Origin: an uncultured Candidatus Saccharibacteria bacterium
GTDB lineage: Bacteria > Patescibacteriota > Minisyncoccia > Portnoybacterales > UBA2143
NCBI GenBank assembly: GCA_964517275.1
Contig: CAZFBL010000001.1
Location: 14,144 to 78,143 of the forward strand
Direction: 5' to 3'
DNA length: 64,000 bases
Position 1 is the stretch's first letter. Every line of letters begins with the position of its first letter. The translations under genes and the position numbers were made by a program. Shown in pieces: positions 8,832 through 17,512 of this stretch. The notes beneath the pieces are model-generated. The model was not told the DNA's origin, ran no database searches, and was given only the letters and a program-made list of their open reading frames with translations.

Positions 8832-10259
8832 TTACAATCGCGGAAATAAAACCGCGCTTTTTTTATTTTGTTTGACTTGCTCCTTTATTTTTCCTGCTGT
8901 TTCCGGTATAAACGGTTCTAATAAACCAGCAATTTCTTTTAAGGCATTTAAAAGCGCTCCTAACGATTTCTTGGCCTTTTCAGAATCATTTTTGACTAAT
9001 TCCCAAATTTTATTTCTATCCACAAACTCATCGCAAGCGCCGACCAAACGCCAAACCGCCTCTAAAGCCTCATTGAACTTTATTTCTTCCATCGCCTTTT
9101 TGTATTTTTCTTGAGTTGATTTAATTTCTTTAGCTAATTGACCTTCAACAGACTTAGTTGGCTCCGTCTTCTCCGATAAAGTTAAAACCCGACTGACCAA
9201 ATTGCCCAATCCGTTGGCTAAGTCAGCATTATAACGTTCTTCAAAACGTTTAATCGAAAAATCACCATCCTGACCGAAAGAAATTTCCCTTAACAGGAAA
9301 TACCTCAAGGCATCAGCCCCGTATTTGTCAGCTAAATAAACCGGGTCAATAACATTGCCCAGGGTTTTACTCATCTTTTGGCCATTAATCGTAAAAAAGC
9401 CGTGAACGAATATTTTTTTCGGCGGCTTTAAGCCAACCGCTAACAATAGAGCCGGCCAAAAAATAGCGTGGAATTTGACGATATCTTTAGCGATTAAATG
9501 CAAATCAGCTGGCCATAATTCTTTAAATTGCTTTGGATTATTTTCATAGCCAATAGCCGTGATATAGTTTTGAAGAGCTTCCACCCAGACGTAAATTTTC
9601 TGTTCCCCGTCAAAAGGCAAATCAATTCCCCATTTGACTTTCTGACGAGAAATAGAAAGATTGCCCAAGTCTTGTTTCAATAAAGAAAGAACCTCTTTTT
9701 TTCTTTCAGGCGGCTCAATAATCATCTGGTCGGTAGTAATTAATTTTTTGACCTGAGGTAAAAAATCTTTCAGTTTGAAAAAATAATTAGTTTCGGAAAC
9801 TAACTGAGGTTCTTTTTTATGAATTGGACATTTACCGTCAACTAAATCCTTTTTAAAAATAAAATCCTCGCAATTAGGACAATAAAGGGCCTTATATTCG
9901 TCTTGATAAATCTTACCGCTTTCTTTAAGTTTTAATAAAAATTTGGTTACCCCTTCTTGATGTCTCTTGTCAGTTGTCCTGATAAAATCATTGTATTTAA
10001 TATTAAGTTTTTGCCAGGCATCCTTAAACTGTTGGGCTATTTTATCAACAAATTCTTGAGGCGACTGTCCGGCTTTTTGAGCCGCTTGAGCAATGTGTTC
10101 GCCATGCTCGTCAGTACCGGTCAAAAAGAAAACCTTCTCGCCTTGTTGCCGACGATAACGCGCCAAAACATCAGCCGCTACGGTCGTGTAAGCCGTACCG
10201 ATATGAGGCGGCTGATTAGTATAGTAAATAGGGGTGGTGATATAGAATTTCTTGGCCAT
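8832..10259 (-). CDS. metG: Methionine--tRNA ligase (short form)
   Basis: YITTPIYY, PHIGT, GTDEHG, KDIVKFH, KMSKT. Confidence 0.96.
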   Translation of the reverse strand: MAKKFYITTPIYYTNQPPHIGTAYTTVAADVLARYRRQQGEKVFFLTGTDEHGEHIAQAAQKAGQSPQEFVDKIAQQFKDAWQKLNIKYNDFIRTTDKRHQEGVTKFLLKLKESGKIYQDEYKALYCPNCEDFIFKKDLVDGKCPIHKKEPQLVSETNYFFKLKDFLPQVKKLITTDQMIIEPPERKKEVLSLLKQDLGNLSISRQKVKWGIDLPFDGEQKIYVWVEALQNYITAIGYENNPKQFKELWPADLHLIAKDIVKFHAIFWPALLLAVGLKPPKKIFVHGFFTINGQKMSKTLGNVIDPVYLADKYGADALRYFLLREISFGQDGDFSIKRFEERYNADLANGLGNLVSRVLTLSEKTEPTKSVEGQLAKEIKSTQEKYKKAMEEIKFNEALEAVWRLVGACDEFVDRNKIWELVKNDSEKAKKSLGALLNALKEIAGLLEPFIPETAGKIKEQVKQNKKSAVLFPRL

Positions 10260-10970
10260 CTATTTATTGCTAATAACTACCACAAATTCGCCTCTTGGCT
10301 CTTTAATCTGTTCAACGACTTCTTCAACCCGGCCACGGTAAATGGTCTCAAACTTTTTGGTTAATTCGCGGCAGACAACAACTCGCCTGACCGGAGATTT
10401 TTTCGCGGAGCCTGTGCTGAGCGATAGTGAAGTGCTCGCAATGACAAGTGACAATTCATTTAATGTTTTAATAATCCGATGAGGGGACTCGTAAAAAACA
10501 ACTGTCTGTTTGGCTCTGGCCACTTCTTCAAAAAATTTCTTTCTTTTTTTCTTGGCCGGCGGAAAACCGAGGAAAAAAAACTTGTCAGCCGGAAAACCGG
10601 AAATACTTAAAGCGGTAATTAAGGCCGAAGGGCCGGGTATGGGAATAATTTTCAAATCGGGCAGCTGGCCAACCAAATAGTCAATTAACTTAGCTCCCGG
10701 ATCGCTAATACCGGGCGTGCCCGCCTCCGAGACTAAGGCCAAATTTCGACCTTTTTCCAATTGCTCTAAGATATACTTGACTTTGGCTAGCCGACTGTGC
10801 TGATGATAACTGATAACCGGCTTATCAATTTGGTAATGAGTCAAAAGTTTTTTCGTTGTCCGCGTATCTTCTGCCAAGACCAAATCAACCTCTTTTAAAA
10901 CCGCCAATCCCCTTAAAGAAAAATCTCTTAGATTGCCAATGGGAGTGGCTAGAACGTATAGATTCGCCAT
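10260..10970 (-). CDS. rsmI: 16S rRNA C1402 2'-O-methyltransferase
   Basis: LYVLATPIGNL, AEDTR, SEAGTPGISDPG, FYESPHR, RELTKKFE. Confidence 0.95.
   Translation of the reverse strand: MANLYVLATPIGNLRDFSLRGLAVLKEVDLVLAEDTRTTKKLLTHYQIDKPVISYHQHSRLAKVKYILEQLEKGRNLALVSEAGTPGISDPGAKLIDYLVGQLPDLKIIPIPGPSALITALSISGFPADKFFFLGFPPAKKKRKKFFEEVARAKQTVVFYESPHRIIKTLNELSLVIASTSLSLSTGSAKKSPVRRVVVCRELTKKFETIYRGRVEEVVEQIKEPRGEFVVVISNK
10394..10445 (-). repeat. Palindromic repeat-derived insert, in frame within rsmI
   Basis: GTCATTGCGAGC-ACTTCACTATCGCTCAGCACAGGCT-CCGCGAAAAAATCTC, encoding VIASTSLSLSTGSAKKS in a loop. Related to the intergenic elements at 12143 and 23522. Confidence 0.6.
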
Positions 10971-11016
10971 AGTCTAATTGTATCTAAAAACTGCCTGGGC
11001 TGGCAAGGCAGTTCTC

Positions 11017-11108
11017 AAGAAAATCAAGGTTCAACCCTTCCAATAGCAATCTTCAACGTTTAGTTATCCTTCAGTGCTTAGATGCGAAGGCTAAACCTTA
11101 ATTTTCTT
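11017..11108. repeat. REPIN-like element with AAGGTT(C/T)A(A/G)CCTT-type arms
   Basis: AAGAAAATCAAGGTTCAACCCTT ... AAGGCTAAACCTTAATTTTCTT imperfect inverted repeats; each arm is itself palindromic. Confidence 0.55.
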
Positions 11109-11124
11109 TAATTCCAATTTCTTT

Positions 11125-12138
11125 TTAGGCCTCCTTTTTCTGAAGGTCTTTTAAAAATTCGGCGATGGCTGCGGCTACCGGAACGGCTAGAATAATTCCC
11201 AAAATACCAGCCAGTTTGCCGCCGATAAGTAAGGCAATAATAATAACGACTGGGCTAAGGCCAACTGCTTTCCTCATCACCTGGGGAGCCAGTAAGTAAT
11301 TTTCTAACTGCTGAATAACAATATAGAGGGCAATCGTCAATAAGGCTAAAAGAGGAGACTGTAAAAAAGCCAAAATGACAGCCGGTAAAGCGGCCAGGAC
11401 TGGTCCGACATAAGGAATAATTTCGAAAAGAGCGGCGATCAAAGCCAAAACTAAAGCATATTTGATTCCCAAAAAATAAAGACCGATGAAAGTGAGTAGA
11501 CCGATAATCAACATCAGGACAAGTTGGCCTCTTAGCCAGCTGCCTATTTTACCCTCAATCCGATCAATTAATCCGGTCAAATAAGCCTGATGTTCGCTAG
11601 GCATTAAAGAAACTAAAAATCTTTTAGCTCCCCGCTCCTGAACAGATAAATAGAAAGAAATAACCAGAATAACAATCGCCGAAATAAGACCGCCAAAAAG
11701 ATTAATTGTCGTTGACAAAACGCTGGAAGCGGCCTGGGTCAATTTATCACTGATTCGGTCCAAAAAGGTTTGTAAATTATGCTCCAAATTATAGTCTTGC
11801 CACCACTGCTGAATACTCAAACCTACTTTTTCAACAATGGCCGGGAAATGAGTAGCCAATTGCTTAATCTGATCAGCCAGCGGCGGAAAAATCAAAGTAA
11901 CAATCAAGCCAATCAGTAAAAAGAGAAGCAAATAGATAAAAAGAACCCCTAAAAGACGAGGGACTTTATTGCGCTGTAGCCAACTAACCGGACTGTTAAT
12001 AGCGGCGGCAATGACAACAGCCACAAAAATAACCAGGACAATATCACGAATCAGGTAAAGAAAAACCAAAGCCAGTAAAATAATAATTGTCCGGAGGATA
12101 GTCGAAGTGGAAATATTAATTGTTTGGGCTTGATTCAT
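11125..12138 (-). CDS. AI-2E family (PerM-like) transporter (start moved to MNQAQ)
   Basis: WLRGQL, IPYVGP, QQLENYLLAP, G.ILAVP; multiple TM helices. The upstream 19 codons are read through a repeat element. Confidence 0.9.
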   Translation of the reverse strand: MNQAQTINISTSTILRTIIILLALVFLYLIRDIVLVIFVAVVIAAAINSPVSWLQRNKVPRLLGVLFIYLLLFLLIGLIVTLIFPPLADQIKQLATHFPAIVEKVGLSIQQWWQDYNLEHNLQTFLDRISDKLTQAASSVLSTTINLFGGLISAIVILVISFYLSVQERGAKRFLVSLMPSEHQAYLTGLIDRIEGKIGSWLRGQLVLMLIIGLLTFIGLYFLGIKYALVLALIAALFEIIPYVGPVLAALPAVILAFLQSPLLALLTIALYIVIQQLENYLLAPQVMRKAVGLSPVVIIIALLIGGKLAGILGIILAVPVAAAIAEFLKDLQKKEA

Positions 12139-12142
12139 AAGG

Positions 12143-12210
12143 GCTATCTTGAGCGTTAGCGAAAGATCCTGTGGTTTTCGCTCGAGATTTTTCACTTCAT
12201 TCAGAATGAC
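12143..12210. repeat. GTCATTCTGA-type palindromic element supplying the peptidase stop codon
   Basis: Minus strand GTCATTCTGAATGAAGTGAAAAATCTC...GGATCTTTCGCTAACGCTCAAGATAGC imperfect hairpin. Confidence 0.65.
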
Positions 12211-13478
12211 GATAACAAGCGGTCAAATCTTTGTTTATCTTTAAACGGGCCAATTAGAGCTAAATTAAGTTTTTCCGGCCGGAAAATATCTTGAGCGACC
12301 TGCTGAATATCATCAATTGTCACTTTATCAATTTTAGCAAATTTATCTTCTAAGGTCAAAATATTATTAGTCAACAGCTCTTGAAAACCAACAAAAGAAG
12401 CCTGGGCATCGGATGATTCCATTTCCAAAAGAGTCGTTCCTTTGGTATAATCTTTAGCCTTTTTTAACTCGGCCGGGCTAATTTTTCGGTCGGCTATCTT
12501 TCGGTACTCCTTTAAAATAAGGCTGATTGCTCTATCCACTTTACGATTATCAATTCCGGCCTGACTGGCCAGAAAACCAACATCTGTGTCAGTGTCAGCT
12601 CCGGTTTTAATATAATATGCCAAGCCTTCTTTTTCTCTAACCGACATAAAAAGTCGCGAACTCATATTGCCGCCCAAAATCGCCCCAAGTAAACCTAAAG
12701 CGTACTTATCCGGATTAAAAATATTATAAGCCCGAACTCCCAAATAGAGATGAGTCTGGTCGGTCTTTTTGTAATAAATTAGCGACTGAGGCCGGCTTTG
12801 TTTTTCCTTAACCGGTAACTTGTCTTTGGCCGGTCCTTTATTGATTGTTTGAAAATACTTTTTGACTTTGTCTAAAGCTAAACCGTGGTTAATCTGGCCG
12901 GCCACAACAACAAGAGTGTTCTGAGCCAAATAATGTTTTTTCAAATAGTCAATAAACTGAGCCCGTTTAACACTCTTGATTAACTTTTCAGTGCCAAGAA
13001 TTGGCCAACCGGCCGGCTGATCTCCATAAAGTAGCTCCAGCCAGAGGTCGCCAACATAACGAGTCGGCGTATCTAAATACATGTTTAATTCCTGCAGAAT
13101 GGTTCCTCTTTCTCGTTCAATCTCGGCAACTGGTATTTGAGAGTTTAAATAGATATCGGCCACCCAATCCAGAGCAGTTTCCAAATGGTTGGCGTCAACT
13201 TTAGCCCAATAACCGGTAAATTCTTGAGAAGTGAAGGCATTGTATTGGCCGCCAATCTTATCTAACGGCTCAATCAGTTTCAACTTATTAGGATGTTTTT
13301 TAGTCCCTTTAAAAAGCATGTGTTCCAAGAAATGAGAAATTCCGTTAATTTCTTTAGTCTCGTACTTTGAACCGGTCCCAACCAAAACCAAGACACTGAC
13401 CGCTTTAGTCCCCTTGACCGGCAGAGTAATGATTCTTAAACCGTTTTTAAGAGTTGTTTTTTTATAATTATTTTCCAT
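12201..13478 (-). CDS. M16 (pitrilysin-family) zinc peptidase
   Basis: HFLEH inverted zincin motif, YNAFTS, MSSRLF..VRE..GLAY. Confidence 0.93.
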   Translation of the reverse strand: MENNYKKTTLKNGLRIITLPVKGTKAVSVLVLVGTGSKYETKEINGISHFLEHMLFKGTKKHPNKLKLIEPLDKIGGQYNAFTSQEFTGYWAKVDANHLETALDWVADIYLNSQIPVAEIERERGTILQELNMYLDTPTRYVGDLWLELLYGDQPAGWPILGTEKLIKSVKRAQFIDYLKKHYLAQNTLVVVAGQINHGLALDKVKKYFQTINKGPAKDKLPVKEKQSRPQSLIYYKKTDQTHLYLGVRAYNIFNPDKYALGLLGAILGGNMSSRLFMSVREKEGLAYYIKTGADTDTDVGFLASQAGIDNRKVDRAISLILKEYRKIADRKISPAELKKAKDYTKGTTLLEMESSDAQASFVGFQELLTNNILTLEDKFAKIDKVTIDDIQQVAQDIFRPEKLNLALIGPFKDKQRFDRLLSSF

Positions 13479-13686
13479 GTAATTCTTTCTCCCAACGATA
13501 AGCTACTTTGACATTAACCTTATACTCGGCTATTTGTCCATCTTTAATATCGGCCGTCTGGCTAAGTATTCTAGCCCCAGTCACATTTTTCTTCTGAGCG
13601 CAAACTTGATTTACCGCTCCTTGAAAAGCGTCGTCAAATCCTTTAGTTGAACTGCCAATAATTTCCTTGATTTTGATTAAAGACAT
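13468..13686 (-). CDS. Dodecin-family protein
   Basis: KIKEIIGSS..GFDDA...DGQIAEYKVNVKVAY matches the dodecin pattern; 72 aa. Confidence 0.8.
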   Translation of the reverse strand: MSLIKIKEIIGSSTKGFDDAFQGAVNQVCAQKKNVTGARILSQTADIKDGQIAEYKVNVKVAYRWEKELHGK

Positions 13687-13692
13687 AACTAA

Positions 13693-15033
13693 TCACCTCC
13701 CTTCCAATTCTTCCCTCAAATAATCAACTAATTTCTCAATTTTAACCCGTTCCTGTTTCATCGTATCGCGTTCTCGGATAGTTAAATCATTATTTTCTAA
13801 ACTGTCAAAATCAACGGTTAAACAATAAGGAGTGCCAATTTCATCCTGGCGGCGATAGCGCCGGCCGATGGAGCCGACTTCATCATACTGAGACATCCAA
13901 TGAACTTTGAGCAAATCATAAACTTCTTTAGCCTTTTTAACTAAATCTTTTTTATTCTTAACTAAAGGTAAAATAGCCACCTTAATCGGAGCTAATTTCT
14001 TGTCTAAACGTAAAACCACTTCTTTCTCTTTCTTGGCCTCGGTCGTCTTGGTTCGCCCGCCTTCAATCTCGTTATAAGCATTCACCAAAAAAGATAAAAC
14101 ATTGCGGTCAGCGCCAGCTGAGGTCTCAATAATATGGGGAGTAAATTTTTTCTTGGTTTGTTCGTCGTAATAGCTCAAATCCTGACCGCTGTGTCTGCTG
14201 TGATTAGATAAATCCCAATCGCCTCGGTCGTGAATCCCTTCTATCTCGTCCCAACCCCAAGGAAATTTATATTCAATATCAACTGCCTTTTTGGCGTAGT
14301 GAGCTAACTCGTCCGGCCGGTGTTCCCGGAAGCGCAAATTATCTTTTTTAATCCCCAGACCGAGATACCAACTCATTCGCTCTTTTTTCCAATAATCAAA
14401 CCACTTCTTTTTTTCTTTGGCGTCCGGTTCAACAAAATACTGCATCTCCATTTGTTCAAACTCTCTCATTTTAAAAATAAAATAACGGGTCGTAATTTCG
14501 TTACGAAAAGCCTTACCGATTTGGGCGATGCCGAAAGGAATTTTTAAACGCATCGTGTCCTTCATAAACTGGTAATTCATATAAATACCCTGGCAGGTCT
14601 CTCCTCTTAAATAAGTAACAGACGCCTCGTCCTCAACTGAACCGACAAATGTTTTCATCATCAGATTGAATTTTCTCTCTTTAGTCAATTCGCCGCCGCA
14701 ATCTGGACATTTATCCTCTTTTAAATAATCCTTACGGAAACGGTGATGACATTCTTTGCACTCAACCAAAGAGTCGGCAAAACCGGCTGTTAAATGACCT
14801 GAAGCCTGCCAAACTTTGGGCGACATCAAAATACTGGCATCCACACCAACAATGTCATCACGGTATTGAGTCATTGTTTTCCACCAGCTTTGTTTAATAC
14901 TACTCTTCAGCAGAGCGCCCAAAAAGCCGTAATCATAACAACTTTCAAAACCGCCATAAATTTCGCTGGAAGGAGTGATAAACCCCCGCCGTTTACAAAG
15001 AGAAACAATTTTTTCCATTAAATCCTGGGGCAT
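13693..15033 (-). CDS. glyQS: Glycine--tRNA ligase (alpha2 type)
   Basis: KRRGF..SSEIYGG, LRGETCQG, GKAFRNE, REFEQME, GSIGRRYRRQDEIGTP. Confidence 0.96.
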   Translation of the reverse strand: MPQDLMEKIVSLCKRRGFITPSSEIYGGFESCYDYGFLGALLKSSIKQSWWKTMTQYRDDIVGVDASILMSPKVWQASGHLTAGFADSLVECKECHHRFRKDYLKEDKCPDCGGELTKERKFNLMMKTFVGSVEDEASVTYLRGETCQGIYMNYQFMKDTMRLKIPFGIAQIGKAFRNEITTRYFIFKMREFEQMEMQYFVEPDAKEKKKWFDYWKKERMSWYLGLGIKKDNLRFREHRPDELAHYAKKAVDIEYKFPWGWDEIEGIHDRGDWDLSNHSRHSGQDLSYYDEQTKKKFTPHIIETSAGADRNVLSFLVNAYNEIEGGRTKTTEAKKEKEVVLRLDKKLAPIKVAILPLVKNKKDLVKKAKEVYDLLKVHWMSQYDEVGSIGRRYRRQDEIGTPYCLTVDFDSLENNDLTIRERDTMKQERVKIEKLVDYLREELEGR

Positions 15034-15048
15034 AAATTTCTAAATTGT

Positions 15049-16917
15049 TTATTCAACAACGATGCCGTCTTGTCGACTGACCTGAGGATCGTCAGGCAAA
15101 TCTGTATCAATGGCCGAGCTAATACTTTCTAAGCTCAAACCAGTAAAAGTATCTTGACCAGTCGCTTTTGATTGACCGATTAGTTCGACAAAACCGCCTA
15201 AATGGGCCAAACCCGGAGTGATTGCTACCTGAAAGGCGACCTGCTTAACCGGCAGAAGAAGACCGGTCGCGGCTGGCAAATCGCCAACCCGCCAAGTCAA
15301 ACGGCCGGTTTGAGAATTATAACTTAGATTCTCGTTACTCGGACTAATCTTGCTCTGCCATTGAACATGAGGCGGCAGAGAAGCTTCAACCCTAACCTCT
15401 TCTAAATCATTGGCCGTATTAATTAATCGCCATTTAATTGTATAAGTAGTTGTCTGACCGACCTTCGGCGGAATTGACCCGCTGTTAGGAATCAAATCGT
15501 CATAATAGTATCCCTTGGTTTGCAAAGTCAACTGACTGGCTATCTTGCTGATTAACTGACTCTGGCCGGCAATTTGGATATCGCCCAGAGAGAGCGGTAC
15601 TTGGCTAGAGTCGATTTCGACCTTGTTAGTCACTTTAAAGTTCTTATCGCCATAGCTGTTAATCGGCAGCGGGTCCTTAATCTTAATCGAAAAACTCAGC
15701 TGACCATCCTGGCCGGGCCCCAGAAATTCCAAAGCCGGCAGGTTGCTCGTCTTCCAGGTAATCGTCCGGCTAGCCCCGTCAAAAGAGCCTTTTTCTAGAT
15801 CGAGACTGGATAAATCAAAAGCGGCCCCGTTTAGTTCCGAAGTTATGACGACCTCGCTAATACCGACATCAGTCGTATTTTGATAATCAATCAAATAATT
15901 TAACTTCTCGCCGGTCTCGGCTATATAATCCGTCTGGCCGTTAATGGTCTGACTTACTGATAAAGGCGACGAGGAAATCTCTAGAGCGTTGACTGTCTTG
16001 GCAATCAGTTCAAACTCTTCTTCTTCTTCAAAAACGCCTAATTCTGCTTTAAATGATTGAGCCTGGCCCTGTTCGCCTTGAATTAAACCTTGAATAAAAA
16101 TCTTTCCCTCCTGGCCGGCCATCAAACTATCCAATAGCCAAATATTATTTTCCTCTGCCGGCTGCGGATCGGCCGATTGGAAAGTAAAATCAGTTGGGTA
16201 GTTAATCTTAATCCCTAAATCTTCAAAAGAAACCTCGGCCTGGTTTACGTATTTCAAAGAGAATTTAAAAGACTGACCGCTAACCAGGCGACTGGGCAAA
16301 TCTAAATCTAAAATAAGGGGAACCGAAATTATTTCGTTTGAGAACTCGGCCCGATTGGTATAGGTAGAACTAAGACCGGTCGGCTGATAACTTAATTCGG
16401 CCCAAGCTGTTTTCTTCTCATCTTTTAAACCAATAATCCGGGCCGGCAGCTCGATTCGTTTCTCCTGGCCAACCGCTAAATTATCCAGTTCGATTGTCTG
16501 AACCAAATCATCTGTCTCTAAGGGAATTGACTGCTCAGGGTAATGAAAGACCAATCGGAGCTGAGTCAGTTCTAAACGAGTCTGGTTTTGACACCTGACC
16601 GTATAGGCTACTTCTTCGCCGCTAATTACTCTTTCCGCCCCGCCTACCTCTAATCTGACCTTATCTTTATCAAAGGAAGTTAGACCATGCCAAAAGAGCC
16701 AGCCGATGATAATCAGAAAGACAAGACCAGCCAGACCGCCAGCTAGCCAATATTTCCTCTGTCTCGGTGACAGACCTTTTTTCTTTAATTCCGGCCAATC
16801 GGAAGGAGTTCTCTTTTCCGGCTGACGGCCGGGTTGAAAGACCTCGGGCGGCTTAGCCCGCTCGCCAAATTGAGCGCCCGGTTTATAAATTTTCTTTTTT
16901 AATTCTTCAAGGGCCAT
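15049..16917 (-). CDS. Membrane-anchored protein with repeated Ig-like (DUF11-like) domains
   Basis: Single N-terminal TM helix followed by repeated beta-rich units (Y...Y.N ... W ... L..G..G). Confidence 0.6.
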   Translation of the reverse strand: MALEELKKKIYKPGAQFGERAKPPEVFQPGRQPEKRTPSDWPELKKKGLSPRQRKYWLAGGLAGLVFLIIIGWLFWHGLTSFDKDKVRLEVGGAERVISGEEVAYTVRCQNQTRLELTQLRLVFHYPEQSIPLETDDLVQTIELDNLAVGQEKRIELPARIIGLKDEKKTAWAELSYQPTGLSSTYTNRAEFSNEIISVPLILDLDLPSRLVSGQSFKFSLKYVNQAEVSFEDLGIKINYPTDFTFQSADPQPAEENNIWLLDSLMAGQEGKIFIQGLIQGEQGQAQSFKAELGVFEEEEEFELIAKTVNALEISSSPLSVSQTINGQTDYIAETGEKLNYLIDYQNTTDVGISEVVITSELNGAAFDLSSLDLEKGSFDGASRTITWKTSNLPALEFLGPGQDGQLSFSIKIKDPLPINSYGDKNFKVTNKVEIDSSQVPLSLGDIQIAGQSQLISKIASQLTLQTKGYYYDDLIPNSGSIPPKVGQTTTYTIKWRLINTANDLEEVRVEASLPPHVQWQSKISPSNENLSYNSQTGRLTWRVGDLPAATGLLLPVKQVAFQVAITPGLAHLGGFVELIGQSKATGQDTFTGLSLESISSAIDTDLPDDPQVSRQDGIVVE

Positions 16918-16921
16918 TGTT

Positions 16922-17491
16922 CTATCTTACCAAACGAAACGCCTTTTGTAAAAAAAGACGGGAATATATTTTTTCTCTAAAAAGCGAATTAACCAAAGAA
17001 ACAATACTCTGTTCGCCTTGTCCATAACCGAGTAACTCTAACAATTGTTTTTCAAAATTATTAACTATTGTTTTCGGCTCTGTCTTTTCTTTATCGAGCT
17101 CCCGAAAACTATTTAAAACCAACTGCCAGATTTTTTCGTCTCTTTCTGGACCAATAACGGTCTTGTCAATAATTTCAGATAAATAATAGGTGGTCGCTAA
17201 ACAGGGCAACTGCTGATGAAGCCGGGGGAAACTTTCGATGGTTTCGGCGCCGGTGATAATATCCAGATTTTTGCCCGGCGCAATTAATAAATGACTGTTT
17301 AAAAAAAGCTCCAAATGGCCTCTAAGTTTTGATTGGTTTTTCCGGACCGCTTTAGCCCTGACTAAAATCTTACCAAAATCTTTAGTGTAAATAGTTAATA
17401 AGCGATCAAATTCGCCTAAATTAATCCTTTTAATAATAATCCCCTCGGTTTTATAGAGCATGTAAATATAAAATTTACCTGATAAAAGCAA
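16922..17491 (-). CDS. recO: DNA repair protein RecO (likely start MLYKTEG)
   Basis: TEGIII...GEFDRLLTIYTKDFGKI..RAKAVRK..SKL. Confidence 0.9.
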   Translation of the reverse strand: MLLSGKFYIYMLYKTEGIIIKRINLGEFDRLLTIYTKDFGKILVRAKAVRKNQSKLRGHLELFLNSHLLIAPGKNLDIITGAETIESFPRLHQQLPCLATTYYLSEIIDKTVIGPERDEKIWQLVLNSFRELDKEKTEPKTIVNNFEKQLLELLGYGQGEQSIVSLVNSLFREKIYSRLFLQKAFRLVR

Positions 17492-17512
17492 GAAAAGTTA
17501 ATTTTCTTGTTT

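Noticed and set aside
12139-12195. N-terminal extension of the AI-2E transporter
   Set aside because: It is a read-through of a palindromic repeat; the protein plausibly starts at MNQAQ.
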